Of a DNA stretch of 64,000 nucleotides, positions 38,556-50,311 are shown piece after piece. The stretch lies in the NCBI GenBank assembly GCA_964234715.1, contig OZ174283.1, one strand, 5' to 3'. A model generated the notes under the pieces. That model ran no database searches, had not been told where the DNA came from, and worked only from the letters and a program-made list of their open reading frames with translations. Positions within the stretch are counted from its first letter, which is position 1; each line of letters opens with the position of its first letter. Origin of the DNA: Podarcis melisellensis (lineage: Eukaryota). Both the position numbers and the translations under genes were made by a program.

Positions 38556-40062
38556 TGTGTATGTTGGAAACACTAACAGGAAGCTAGCTTCAGTGAATTA
38601 GAGTCTTGCATCATGAAATACAACTCATGCTGTATATTAGGAGAAGTGTTTAGAAGTTGCATGAAATTAATGCTCTTGGGTGGAACATGGTGGGCAGTAC
38701 ACAAGTTCATCCAAACAGGGGTAAATTTAAGAAACAGTACTCTGTGAAGGTACTGAAGGCAAGGAACAATGGAGCTACAGGAAAGCTTTTATTTGTTTAT
38801 CTGGATCCTGTGCCTTAAGATTGAGCTATTCATGAATGTCTCTGTGCTAGCTGCAGCACATGTAGTGCTAATAAGCCAGTGGAAACAGGATACAGCACTA
38901 TGCAAAGTTCAATGAGAATGAATGTGCAGGGTATAGATTTGATGAAAACTCATGTTTCACACAAAGTTCTGGAAATGCAGTTTCTGTGATCCACTGTGCT
39001 GTAAGCCTCTAAAAATACAATTGGCCAGAAAATAATATAGAAATTTATGTTCCATTGATTTTAGCAAAAACATTCAGACTTGGCAGCATTATACATATTT
39101 TCAACTAGGAAGAAGTCCAGAGTCGTTTCTTTGGTTAATGAACAGTTGGTACTCTTAACAACTACAATTTAATGGCTCCTGAAAGAACAATTAACAAACA
39201 GAATGAAACAATAAGAGATATTAACACCTTGGGGAAATCTACACTTACTACAGAGGTATGGTTTGGGTTTCTAAGCAAAATAATTGCATTGGTTATGTAT
39301 CTTTCATCTACATTTTCTTTTTTCTTTAGAATAAAAGGCAACTTTTTATTTGTTCTTTTTCTCTTTGCATACTTTGTTGAAATAGTCCAGTTAAAGCTCA
39401 TCAAATGTTCATAAAAAATATTTCAATAAAATAAAATTAACAACAACAAATAGAACAGCCATAACTTAGAGAGCCTAACAATATCAATGAAACCTTTGGT
39501 TCCAGATCCATTGTCTTTCATTAAGCAGTAGAGGCTGGTGGACCCTAAACTTGGTGTGGCTGCAAGGAGGTCTCCATCCTTTTCCCTTGAAAAAGTAACA
39601 GTGGGTACATAAGGGATACAGTTGTAGAAGTATTTAGCACCCAAAGTGTATTTCCCTTGTTCCGAAGGGGTTTCTGCTGCTACAGTTGCTACTCTGCTGG
39701 GAGAAACAGATGTGGCCCTGCATGTTCTGGTTCTGTCCCTATCCTCCTCTGCAAAGACACAGTGGAATCGTAAACATTGCAATTTTGTTAACACTTAGCA
39801 TTTAAGTATCTCACCTTGGTTCAGAAGGGACCCTTGCTGTCACAATTGTAGGTTCATGCCAAAAAAACTCAGAAATACATTACTAAGAAATAAATCTCAT
39901 TGAATTTCATGGGGATTGTTCCATGATATATGCAGGATTACACTCTGAATACTTGCAAAAGCATTTTGAAATTTTGCGAAAGGGGTTAAATCAAAGCATC
40001 TGCTTCTGTTGTCAGCAGGTAAAAAACCCCCACAAATCTAAGTTGTGATTCACTTGGGGATA

Positions 40063-40230
40063 CAGTGGTACCTTGGTTCTCGAACTTAATCCATTCTGGG
40101 AGTCCGTTCAGCTCCTGAAACCATTTGAAAATCAAGGTGCAGCTTCCGATTGACTGCAGGGGCTTCCTGCACTCAATCAGATGCCACGTCCGGATGTTTG
40201 GCTTCCAAAAAACGTTCGCAAACTGGAACA
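40063..40230. mobile_element. Tc1/mariner-type MITE, left half only
   Basis: TA-CAGTGGTACCTTGGTTCTCGAACTTAATCC; no right TIR found. Confidence 0.75.
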
Positions 40231-40719
40231 ATAAAAACAAAGGGCTTGCCCTGTTTTACTTTTTGAGAGAGAAAGAGGCTGGAGAAAAAGACTAAACCTT
40301 GGCTTTGGAGATTTGGATTGTGGGGGGTCAGAAACCTGGCAAGGTTATGCCCCACTTTGCCCATAAGAGGGACCTCCCCTGCCATTAAGTGACAATAATC
40401 TTTAAATTATTTAAGGAGAATACATTACACCCAAAACAGTCTCAAAACTGACTTGAAAGAAATGCATTCTTCAAAGCAGTTTCTTCTTCTTTTAATCATT
40501 CCAATGGATATAGTTAAATACTTGTCTTAATTCAGAGTGATTTAATACCTTAGTCCTGGGCAGTTCTCCAAGTTGTACTTTCTTATGGCTTCTGAATGAA
40601 ATAGAACAAGTCGTGCATTAAGTCCCTCTTTACATCTTGTTAGATTCTGCTTATTTATATAAATATTTTATACTGCTTTTCCACCTGTTTGAAGCTGTGC
40701 TTCTAAATGTAAATGTAGA

Positions 40720-40900
40720 TTGGACATTTGTCCTTCTTATATTTGAAGTTCCCAACTCAGTTTTCAAATCTGTCAGGATCTTGTTGGATTTTTAGGCTAT
40801 TTTCAAAGTTGTTAGTAATTACTTTCAGCTTTGTATCATTTGCAAATTTTGTGAATCTACTTCATCTAGGTCATTTGTGTGTAGATGAAGAACAGTACCA
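40720..40900 (-). mobile_element. CR1 RT fragment
   Basis: Minus strand NDLDE...KFANDTKL...KIQQDPDRFENW (degenerate FADD region). Confidence 0.75.
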
Positions 40901-40959
40901 AACCAATTGATCCTTATTATTTATTTACTACTTGAAAATGATACATTTATTCATCTTTG

Positions 40960-41408
40960 AGTGTCTTCCTTCTTTCCTTCTTCTGAGGTGATCAAGTTGG
41001 CATACATATAGTTACCTCTATTTCATGTTCACAACAACTCTATGAGGTAGCCTGTTCAGATAGACTTGTCTAAGGACCTCAAGTGAGCTTCCTGGCTGAG
41101 TGGAAATTCCAATACAGTGGAACCTCGGGTTACATACCGTCCTCCTTACGAACGGTTTGGGCAATGAGCTCCGCTAACCTGGAAGTAGATGCTTCTGGTA
41201 GCAAACTTTGCTCCAGGATGTGAGCGGAAGTCACGCACCAGCGGCACGGTGGTAGTGGGAGGCCCCATTAGCAAAAGCATGCCTCATGTTAAGAATGGTT
41301 TCAGGTTAAGAAAGAACCTCTGGAACAATTAAGTCTGTAACCGGAGGTACCACTAAATAGGTCTTTCTAATCTTAGTCTAACATTCTAGTCAGTACACCA
41401 TGCTTCCC
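40960..41408 (-). mobile_element. Old CORE/MIR-like SINE interrupted by a MITE
   Basis: TCACAACAACTCTATGAGGTAG...GTGAGCTTCCTGGCTGAGTGG...CAGTACACCA resembles the SINE at 6343-6666. Confidence 0.6.
41115..41355 (+). mobile_element. Tc1/mariner-type MITE
   Basis: TA-CAGTGGAACCTCGGGTTAC ... GTAACCGGAGGTACCACT. Confidence 0.85.
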
Positions 41409-44062
41409 CTCTACTTGATTCTGAGATTTCCAAGGCTTTTCCTTATAAGTTGTGAAATAATTTCCTTGTAGATTTATATTGATGTATATTATGTAAGTAT
41501 TCATTAATGTACTTCCTTAACATTTTTACCAGTATCCCTTATTCTTCTTATTCCTATCTGTATTGTCATTGTCCAAAATAAAAAAGTTTATGAGTTTATG
41601 GCACCTGCATTGTATCCCTTTCTGCTTGAGCCAGCAGCCCACATCTTAAAGGCTATTTTTTTCCTTCTAGATGCCTCACTGTACATCTGAAATAAACCTG
41701 ACCCTTATACTAATAAAAGGAGACTTGGCCAGCAGCCAGGTTATGTGCGGGAACCTGCCTACTGAGTGGTAATTTGCTTCCTTTGTGCTCTGTACCCTGA
41801 TCTGTGCCTTGGATAGGCCATTTCACAACAGTTGTCAACAGCTTTTTTCATGCCACACTCAGACAAATGAGTTGCCATGGGATAGACAAGCAAAACCATG
41901 TATAGAGGTGAGGTACACAGCTGCAGGGTATCTACCCTTTGCACTATCCATTTTTCTGCTCACTGTGCTTCCTGCCAGCCCTCTCAAACTGGACTCCACG
42001 GTTACCATTGCTATGTCTGGGTGAAAAGGGAGGGGCACCAACCTTCTCTGGTATTTGGCACTAGCTTAATGAAAGTGTTGAAGTTAGAAATTGGAAAATG
42101 TTAGGTCTCACTGGATAGTAGCCTATGATGAGATATGTGTTTGTAACTGGCTTGTTATGCTTGGAATCTAACACTTTGTTCCTTGTTTAAAGCAAACGCG
42201 TGACCTTCCTTCAATTTCTTAGTCATTCCCCTATTTTTATATTTCCATAGTTCTGTATTTCTTAATGTCTGCGTAAAGCAGGGTTGGTTTTTTTTTTTTC
42301 TTTTTGAGGTTAATATGAATGTTATATAGGAAAGAGTCCTGGCCCAAGTAACACCCATATTCATTCTGAATTTGCAGAGATGACTTGTGAGGCGTGCAAT
42401 CCATGAATCTTTTCCTAGAACATTGCATACACTGAAAAGGACATGGCACAGGTGGATGGTGGTTGTGCTCCTCTTGAAAGAGCATCTTCATAGCTTGGAA
42501 ATACTTCTGGGACAAGCATTGTTTCTAGAGGCCCAGGTACAGAGTTCCTTACTAGCAACAGGTTCACTAACTTTAACTCTTCCCGGAAGGGATAGCCTTC
42601 CCATAGTGATCTCATTTTTCCTAGTTTACTTTCCCAGCAGTGATAATGAGGTCTGGGCTTAAGGAGGGCACCAATTTGCTACTCCTTTGTCTCATTGTAG
42701 CGCTAGCCCTGTTGTCAGGTGAAGTTTGACATGTGGCAATGGGAGAAACAGTCACAACAGGGAACTATGGCTTAATTCAAGCTGGGAACTTTGCACTGGA
42801 TATGACAAGTAATGGAAGGAGTGGAAGGATGAGGAAAGAGCACTCAGACTTGACACTGAACTGGACTCTATAGAGTTAACTACATAAAATCTATTTTTTT
42901 CTTAATCATGCAAGTAAGGCAATATTGTTCCACAGTTATTATTTTGCCTTTCTTTTTCTAATCAGGAGTTAGAATGTCTGCACAACCAAAACAAATTAAG
43001 TTACAATATAAAAGTGGGATAGGTGAGGAATGTGTGACAAATGGAAAGGATAATTGGGGAGTCTGGGACAGCAAAATGCTGAAGCTGAAGTTATCACATA
43101 CAGGTGCATCCTTATTTTAAAGTGAGCATCCTCTTTCTTTGTTCATTAGAGTCAGCAGCGGTTGTTGTCTGACAAGCACAAAACACTGAGCTTCAGTTGC
43201 CTGATTAATGATTTCCAGCCACCATGTGGGTGCTCTTGATTGCCAAAGAATCATATACAAAGTAGTTTCAGTACTGATAAATTCAGGAGCTGTCTTTGTT
43301 TATCCCAGAATTGTTGTCCATAAGACATTTTCACATGTAATATGCAGCATAATTTTCACCTGTACACAAGCCAGCTAACTATATTTTCTCTCATTCTCTG
43401 TGTATGTTGCTGTCAAGTCTATAGAAGCCATTAGTGTCTTGTTCCGAAATAGGATATGTTTGTTGTATTTCAGATTTTCAGCATTTCCCCCCAGATACAT
43501 GGACAGTGATTCAACAGTAACCAATGTTAGTTATACTCAGAGTAGACCCATTGAAATAAATGAACCTACTCTATGACTTAGTTACCACTCATTGTATTAC
43601 AGTGAGAGCTCTTTATATTTGATTATTAGATGGATATTAAGTGCAACATGGCAATTCTTAAAACACCCAATTACTTATGTGAATCAGCTTTAACATCTCA
43701 GACATCATAAAGCAATATTATTATCATTATAATTATTAATTCAATGTCTTACCCACCTTTCACTGTAAGGTCACAGGGCACGTAACAGCAGTTTCAAAAT
43801 AGAATATTAAAAACTGTTCAAAGCAATTTACAATCACAAGAATAGGGTGGGTTCTGAAATATACCTCTCAAGTGTCAAAAGAGCAGGGCAAAGATGTAAA
43901 TTTATGCCCAAGGCTAGTTCCAGGATTTTCCCATAAGGATATATAGGATGGACTGAGCTGTCTAGTTCAGACCAAGGACAGAAATTCAGGGGACAAATCT
44001 CACCACCTATGGAAGTGACCTTGATAGGCCAGAGCAAGTCAGAAGATACTTCCTGCTCTTTT

Positions 44063-45301
44063 TTTTTTTTTACTAGCACACTCAGGTTTTTAAATTCACA
44101 TCTTTGAATGTCACGACATCTCTCCCTGCTGAGTTGTTTCTAATGGTGGCAGGAGCTCTCACCGCTCCTTTGGAGACTCAGTGGCATAGCGTGGGGGTGC
44201 AGGGGGGCCAGCCGCACCGGGCACAACATCTGGGGGTTAGGGTTATGGGGCGCAAATCCACGGGTTGGGGGCACAAATTACTTGCCTTGCCCCGGGTGCT
44301 GACAACCCACGCTACACCACTGTGGAGACTACAACGGCCTTCCTTAGGTCCATGGTTTTGGGAACAGTCCGTCCCCCCTCGCCAGCTCTCTGGCAGCATC
44401 ACTTGAAGATCTTTCCCTGGTTGAAGGCTTTGCCAGCGTGCTTAAACTCACCCTCCCACAGGAAATACTCCTTCACCATCATCTTGCACTCCTTGCTCTG
44501 CAGGTCCAGCTTCCGCCAAGTGTAGGATTCGTAATCCACCTGCCAGTCAGGGCTCAGCAGAAAGGTTAGCTCCTGCCCACGGAAGACCCAGATGCCAGAG
44601 ATGCACCTGGCATTGTTGGTGCCAAGTTCTCAGTAAACTTCTTGGCATCAAACTGTGCCATCTTCTCGCACAGTTTCACCTCTCCCAAGACAGCCTTGAA
44701 CTGAGGCTGGTTTATGCAGGTCACAAACCAGTGGTTGACGTTTTTGTACGGCTGGTGGAAGAATGGCTCCAAAACCTGCTTATAAAGCCAGATAATTGTG
44801 ATGTCAGCCAGTGTGGTGCATTCCCCCACCAGGAATGTCCTGGTCTTCAAATGGGCACCGAGGAGGGCAAGAATCCACTTTACTTGCTCCTTGGCATACT
44901 CTGTAGTCTGTTTGTTGTAATGCATGATGCCCAGTGTGGGGAAGACCCCACGTGCTGGCAGGAGGGACAATGTGGCTGTCCGCAACGCTCACCCACTGGA
45001 TGATCTGGGCAGCTGCCTCCTTGGTGGGTCCTCGCAGCTCCTCATTAGGCATTGCTCTCAAACATGCTCTCAAACATGCAGAATCCATCGTCTCCTTCAA
45101 AGGCTGGAACCTTCCCAGCTGTGAATTTCTTCAGGAACTCTGGGGTCTTGTTAGTCTGCCCAAAGTGGAATTGGGGTGGGGTGGAGCGGACCTTGATCTT
45201 GGCACCACTGTACTGGGCAGCTATGAGGGCTTTGAATGCCCGCCAGTTCTCGGGATAGGTGTAAAGAGTCCCGGCCGCTGCCATCTTAGCGAGGAAAGGA
45301 C
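44063..45301 (-). pseudogene. EEF1G: Processed pseudogene of translation elongation factor 1 gamma
   Basis: Intronless. ATG at 45284 [27 protein letters not shown]...; middle [13 protein letters not shown]...[28 protein letters not shown]; C-terminus [17 protein letters not shown]...FNQGKIFK* with stop at 44399-44401. Poly(A) at 44063-44071; TSD TACTTCCTGCTCTTTT at 44047-44062 and 45302-45317; frameshifts, premature stop and internal deletion. Confidence 0.98.
44179..44322. mobile_element. hAT MITE nested in the pseudogene 3' UTR
   Basis: TIR CAGTGGCATAGCGTGGG/CCCACGCTACACCACTG; 8-bp TSD TGGAGACT at 44171-44178 and 44323-44330. Confidence 0.93.
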
Positions 45302-47153
45302 TACTTCCTGCTCTTTTAAAGTACTTTTAGGTCCAGTTTGCTCACCAGTCTGAGCAATAAAGAGAGATTTACACAAATGCCTTCACTTTTTTCCTCCTCC
45401 CACTGCATCTCCACTTTTGCCTCAGCTCAGACTGCTTATTACTGCCCCAAGTCAATCATGTATGAGCAGGGCAAGCCATCACAGTACCAAGGGTGGAAAT
45501 GTCTTGCATGAAAAAGTGCAGCACACTGTGGCATTTCTTTCTAAATGTCATTAAAAGCAATGTTTCCTAAAGGTGTGTCAGGCTACGCTAGTGAGTTTCA
45601 GGAAGATAGGAATGAATAGAATACTGTGATCTCCAATAAAAAACTGAGAAGGAGAATTCCTAGTAAAATGATATAATGAGAAGAGCATGGCAGTAATCAT
45701 CCCCCAAAAATGTTTCATTCATGTATTCAAATACTTCTGAATGGGAACCATTGCTTTATCAAATCTCTCAATGTTCCTTATTTTTGTATGAAAGGGTTTA
45801 CAATATCTATTGTACCACACAAGGATTTTCTGTGGTCAAGACACATATCAGGCTAGTAGGCATATTTCTTTCATGTGACAAAAGTACATTGAGATGAATC
45901 CATCTACTTCTTATAATTATTTCATGGCAGCACATGATGTCCAATGGTTCCCAGCATGAGTCATTTAGAATATTTAGTACCACTGTGTTGACATTCTGCC
46001 AGGCACTTGCTGATAGCCGTGTGTAAGGAGTTTTGTTGCTGGATTTGATTCGCCTCAAAGCAGGTCGCAAATCTCAGTTACAGTTCAGTAGATCATCGAG
46101 ATTTTATTGTTTAAGTTAGCTCTGTTTTTCTGGCTTGCTTCCAAAGCCAAAACTCAGAGTGTGGGTTCAGAGGGAAACATGAAGGGAAGGGCTGAAAAGG
46201 CAACCTGCTGCTAATGTGTAATTCGTAACTTGGTTCCGACTTTGACATTGTCCCCTGTGGAATGACAGCAGTTTAAATGGTTATAAAATTCATATCTTTG
46301 TTTAGAAGAACAAAGATTTTCTGTCGGTTCTGCAGGTTGATGTGTTTCTCATTCTTGTCATACTCTTAATCAAGGGATACAACTGACATGAATTGTGCTA
46401 AATATTACTAGCAGGAAGCTGCAGATAACAAGGCTCTCAATATAAGTTAAAATGACAAACCACTGGCACACCTTTCCATGTTGAAATAAAAACCACCTAC
46501 CGTGTCTGTGTGTAAAGAAAATCACAGGCGCTAGAGAAAGGGATATTGGGTACACAAAAACATTTTAGAGAGAGCTACCCTTCTGTTTTCCCCTGCCCCA
46601 TTTTGTTTCCAGTGGTGGTATGTGTCACTCAGTTTGTTGCAGTCAAGAAATAGTGTGGAAGTAAGGCATAGATCTCCAAGCATTTGCTATGTACCAGGAT
46701 CATTGGATGTTTCCACCACATTGTTTGCCTATGTAAGGAACAACAAGGCTGTGGATTACTAAATCTTTCAGGTTACAGAAACTCCATTTGGCTCTGAAAG
46801 GCTGCTCCTGTGGTTGACTTTTCTCCCCAGTTGGCCTTAATTATTCAGAAGCACTCTCTGTTTTGAATGTGACCACTCCTGGGATGAAACCATCTGAACC
46901 ATCTTTGAGATTTAGAGCTTTCTCAAACTGTACTATAACCCCCTGTATTCACCTGTATATGATTATCGTGAACAAATCAAGATATAGCTGTAAACAAGGT
47001 TTTGTGCTTTGTTGGTAATTGTGACTAGATCAGGACTAGATCAGTTGTTAAAAACTGCATTTAATTTGTGCCTTTTTTCCAGAGCTGAAGCACTCTGGGC
47101 ATGTACTAACATTAAGATACTTTCCTGATCAGGACATTTGGTCTTATCCAGAG

Positions 47154-47199
47154 TTATAAACTGCTACTGAGCTAAATTATAAACTGCTACTGAGCTAAA
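47154..47199. repeat. Perfect 23-bp tandem duplication
   Basis: TTATAAACTGCTACTGAGCTAAA x2. Confidence 0.95.
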
Positions 47200-49216
47200 C
47201 GCAGTGTGCCATTTCCTATCTCACTTACCTGGGATACTGATTCCCAATAGCCACATCCTTTCTGTGATCTCACATAGAAATAAGGATGCTAGACACAAAG
47301 GTTGGATGAACTGGACCACATTTATTAATTTTAACACAACACGGAACTGCAATAGGGAACCAGGTGCTGGGTGCTAACTACTCATAACAAACTGTAGGTG
47401 TGTCAGGGCTTATCCATACTTACTGTTTGCCCCTCTCTTTCCAGGTGCAGTTCCACGCTTAAAAGCTCCATGCCCAAGACTCAACAGTGAAACACAGATC
47501 CCCTAGTATTCAGAGGCATCTTAGACACATACGTCTCTATTAAACTTCATGCAGATATCCAAGCTACATACATGGAAGTAATGCCTGTTCAATTGGAGGC
47601 AGGGAGGGATAGATGATACTGGGAAAGCTCATTCTGAACCATCCCTGAAGATTCCCAAAGCCAACTGTATCTAGTTTAGAATGAGTTTGTAAATCTTTCT
47701 TGTTTTATCTTTTGTTAACCGCTTTGAGGTTTTTACAATCAAGCAGTGTATAAATTTTAATGAAATAAATAAATAATATAAAAGTCTCCCCAAGAAAACA
47801 TTCACCATGTATTTAGAAAGACCTGTTCCATAGTTGCCCTAGTAGTGACTTGGGGAAAGGTGGGGGTTGTGAGTGAGGTTGGGAATGGACAAACTTTTCG
47901 ACCTGACCCTTACTATCGGGGTAGAAAAAGTTGTTACAGAGTACCTGCATTTTGTTCTGTCAGCTCTGCAGCTGTTATTAGGTATATATCTGGTACACTC
48001 TTTAGGTAGTAAATTTATAACGTACACAATGGCCATGTTTCCCAAAACATCCTTGCTTTTTAATAGTGTGACTGTGAAATACAATGGCAATGAAGAACTT
48101 GTATTCTGTTATTTTAGGGCAGCTAGTTAATCTATTCCACATTCTGACGCATCTTCCTATTGTGCTATGTCTCCCTGAAACAACTGCCTTTATAATTATT
48201 ATTAATTATGTCATGTAAAGGGTACACTGTGTACTTTGGCTTCTGTTCTCAGCTATCTGTAATATTTCAGGGCTGAAATCCTCTTTTACTTCTAACTACC
48301 AGATTATTATTCCTGAATTTTACTCTTACTGCTCTTCTTGTTTTTAAGGTCTTTTAATGCCCCTGGTTTAGTTTGGTTTTGGCCAGTGACTGAAGAATTT
48401 GTTCCTCTCTTTCCAAATGTAAATGCATTTTAATTTCTCCCCCCACCCCTCTTGTTTGCTACATATGAGCTATTAGCTGACATGTTTATTTTCTAGAGTC
48501 TGGACCAGCTTTTAAAATTTGTTTTGCCTCCTTCAATTTATAAATGTTATAATCAATTATTTAGCTATCATTTCCCATGTGAGTCCTAAGCAGAATAGTT
48601 GATAGCCCTCACACAGGCCATTCGAAGAGACAGGCGTCTCTGAAGCAGCTGACACTGGTGAGCCCAGCTAGTTTCCAACCTCTCTTGAGTGCCAGAGTTT
48701 TGAGGGCCAGCCAGCAATTGCACATTTCGTTCATCACTCAGCCAATGAAAAGGATGTGTTGTGCAAGTCTCTTCACTCCCCTTTGCTGAGTTTGCATTGT
48801 TTTGCCCATTGCATATTCAGCCTCAGGGTAGCATTGAAAGAAAAAGCTGGCCATCAGAGAGAAATACCCTCAAACTACAGCAGTGTAATTGCACTCAATC
48901 AGCATCAGCTTAGCATCAATAATTAGGCAGGGGCCCAATAATAAAGCTGGCATCTAGGCTAGCCAGTGAAAACATGAGTACTACTATAGAACTTAGACAC
49001 AAATGCTTTCAGGCAAAATTAACTTCATATGAAGAAACTACTTCTTTAGCTATTGCACTTGAATATGAGCAGGAGATTCATTGCATTAACATGGTATTTG
49101 TGTTAATAATGTTTTCTTTCTCATCCTTATTGAAGTTTCAGCTAAATAATTTTATTATTTTGCTTGTGACATGCTGTCTTTTCGAATCTAATTAAAACCT
49201 ACTTTTTCGTCCTTAG

Positions 49217-49375
49217 GTGGAAAGAGAACTCTGCAGAGATGAGCTCTTAATTAATGCACAGGGTCCCTGCGAGTCCCACCTCTCAACAGAAGTGATTGAC
49301 ATCCAAGGATACATAAATTACACTAATTGAGCTTTGCATCTACGCAATCTTTCCACAACCAACTCATCGGAGGAG
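49217..49375 (+). other. Candidate non-coding or poison cassette exon (159 bp)
   Basis: Branch-point CTAAT at 49188-49192, pyrimidine tract CTTTTTCGTCCTTAG|G, donor GAG|GTAAGT; stops in all three frames; no transcript evidence. Confidence 0.4.
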
Positions 49376-50068
49376 GTAAGTGAGCAGACCAGCATAAAAA
49401 GTTACTTCAGCATGCCTGTGTGCTTTCCCTTTGGGGGGAAATATTTCCAGATTACTGAACATATGTTTCTACAGAAGACAGATTTTCTCTTCACTTTCTC
49501 TTCACTTTACTTTTTATTTAAAAATATTAGCATCTTAATACAGCCACTTACTCACCACACATATCACGACTGCTGGCAGCAAAATGTTACAAATCAGCGA
49601 CATTATACAAATAATCACTTGGCAACACTAGTTGATTTTAAATTGTATTGAATCATTTCTTTATCTAACTAGGTGGGGATAATAATTAGTCTTAACTACA
49701 GATAATCTCTGTCAGAGTTTAGAGGCCATGTCACTTGCCTCAAAGGTCCTGCTGAAATCACCCAAAATGACACAGATTAAATGAGTCTAGATATATATTT
49801 AAAAGTACTTTTCTTTCGGGCCCAAAGAGTTATGTTCATACATTCACTGACGTAACTTAGAGTGCTTGCTGGATGTAGATCATCTTTTGCAACTTGGTGT
49901 GTAAGGACACATTTGAAGGACAGTGGTAAGCTTAGCATCCAGCTATATGAGCCCCCCAAAATGGCAGAAATGTGGGGTAGTATTGGTGCAATAACAAATT
50001 GCTACCTCATTAGACCCTGCAGAGTGTCACTTTCACATGCCTGCATATCCCACCTGGATGATTTACAA

Positions 50069-50110
<42 letters not shown>
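50069..50110. repeat. (ATT)n microsatellite
   Basis: Direct reading. Confidence 0.97.
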
Positions 50111-50264
50111 TTATTTATATTTATTAATCACCTCATAAAAATTATCTAGGTGGTATGGAGGTCATATGACATAGATCATTTTGGCCATGTAATAGCTGGT
50201 GTTATCATGGCTGTGCAAAGGTGGTAATAGGCCCTGGTCATGTGGAAAATATAGGTCCCATTTC

Positions 50265-50267
<3 letters not shown>

Positions 50268-50309
<42 letters not shown>
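50268..50309. repeat. (AC)n microsatellite
   Basis: Direct reading. Confidence 0.97.

Positions 50310-50311
<2 letters not shown>

Noticed and set aside
44232-44250. Telomere-like GGGTTAGGGTTA
   Set aside because: Only two units, internal to a hAT MITE; not an interstitial telomeric array
44399-45284. Functional EEF1G gene or retrogene
   Set aside because: Premature stop at 45045, frameshifts and a large internal deletion
47230-47289. Minus-strand 60-bp micro-exon (CTAG|...CAG|GTAAGT)
   Set aside because: Short pyrimidine tract, unrecognisable peptide, overlaps possible LTR-like sequence; expected by chance in 64 kb
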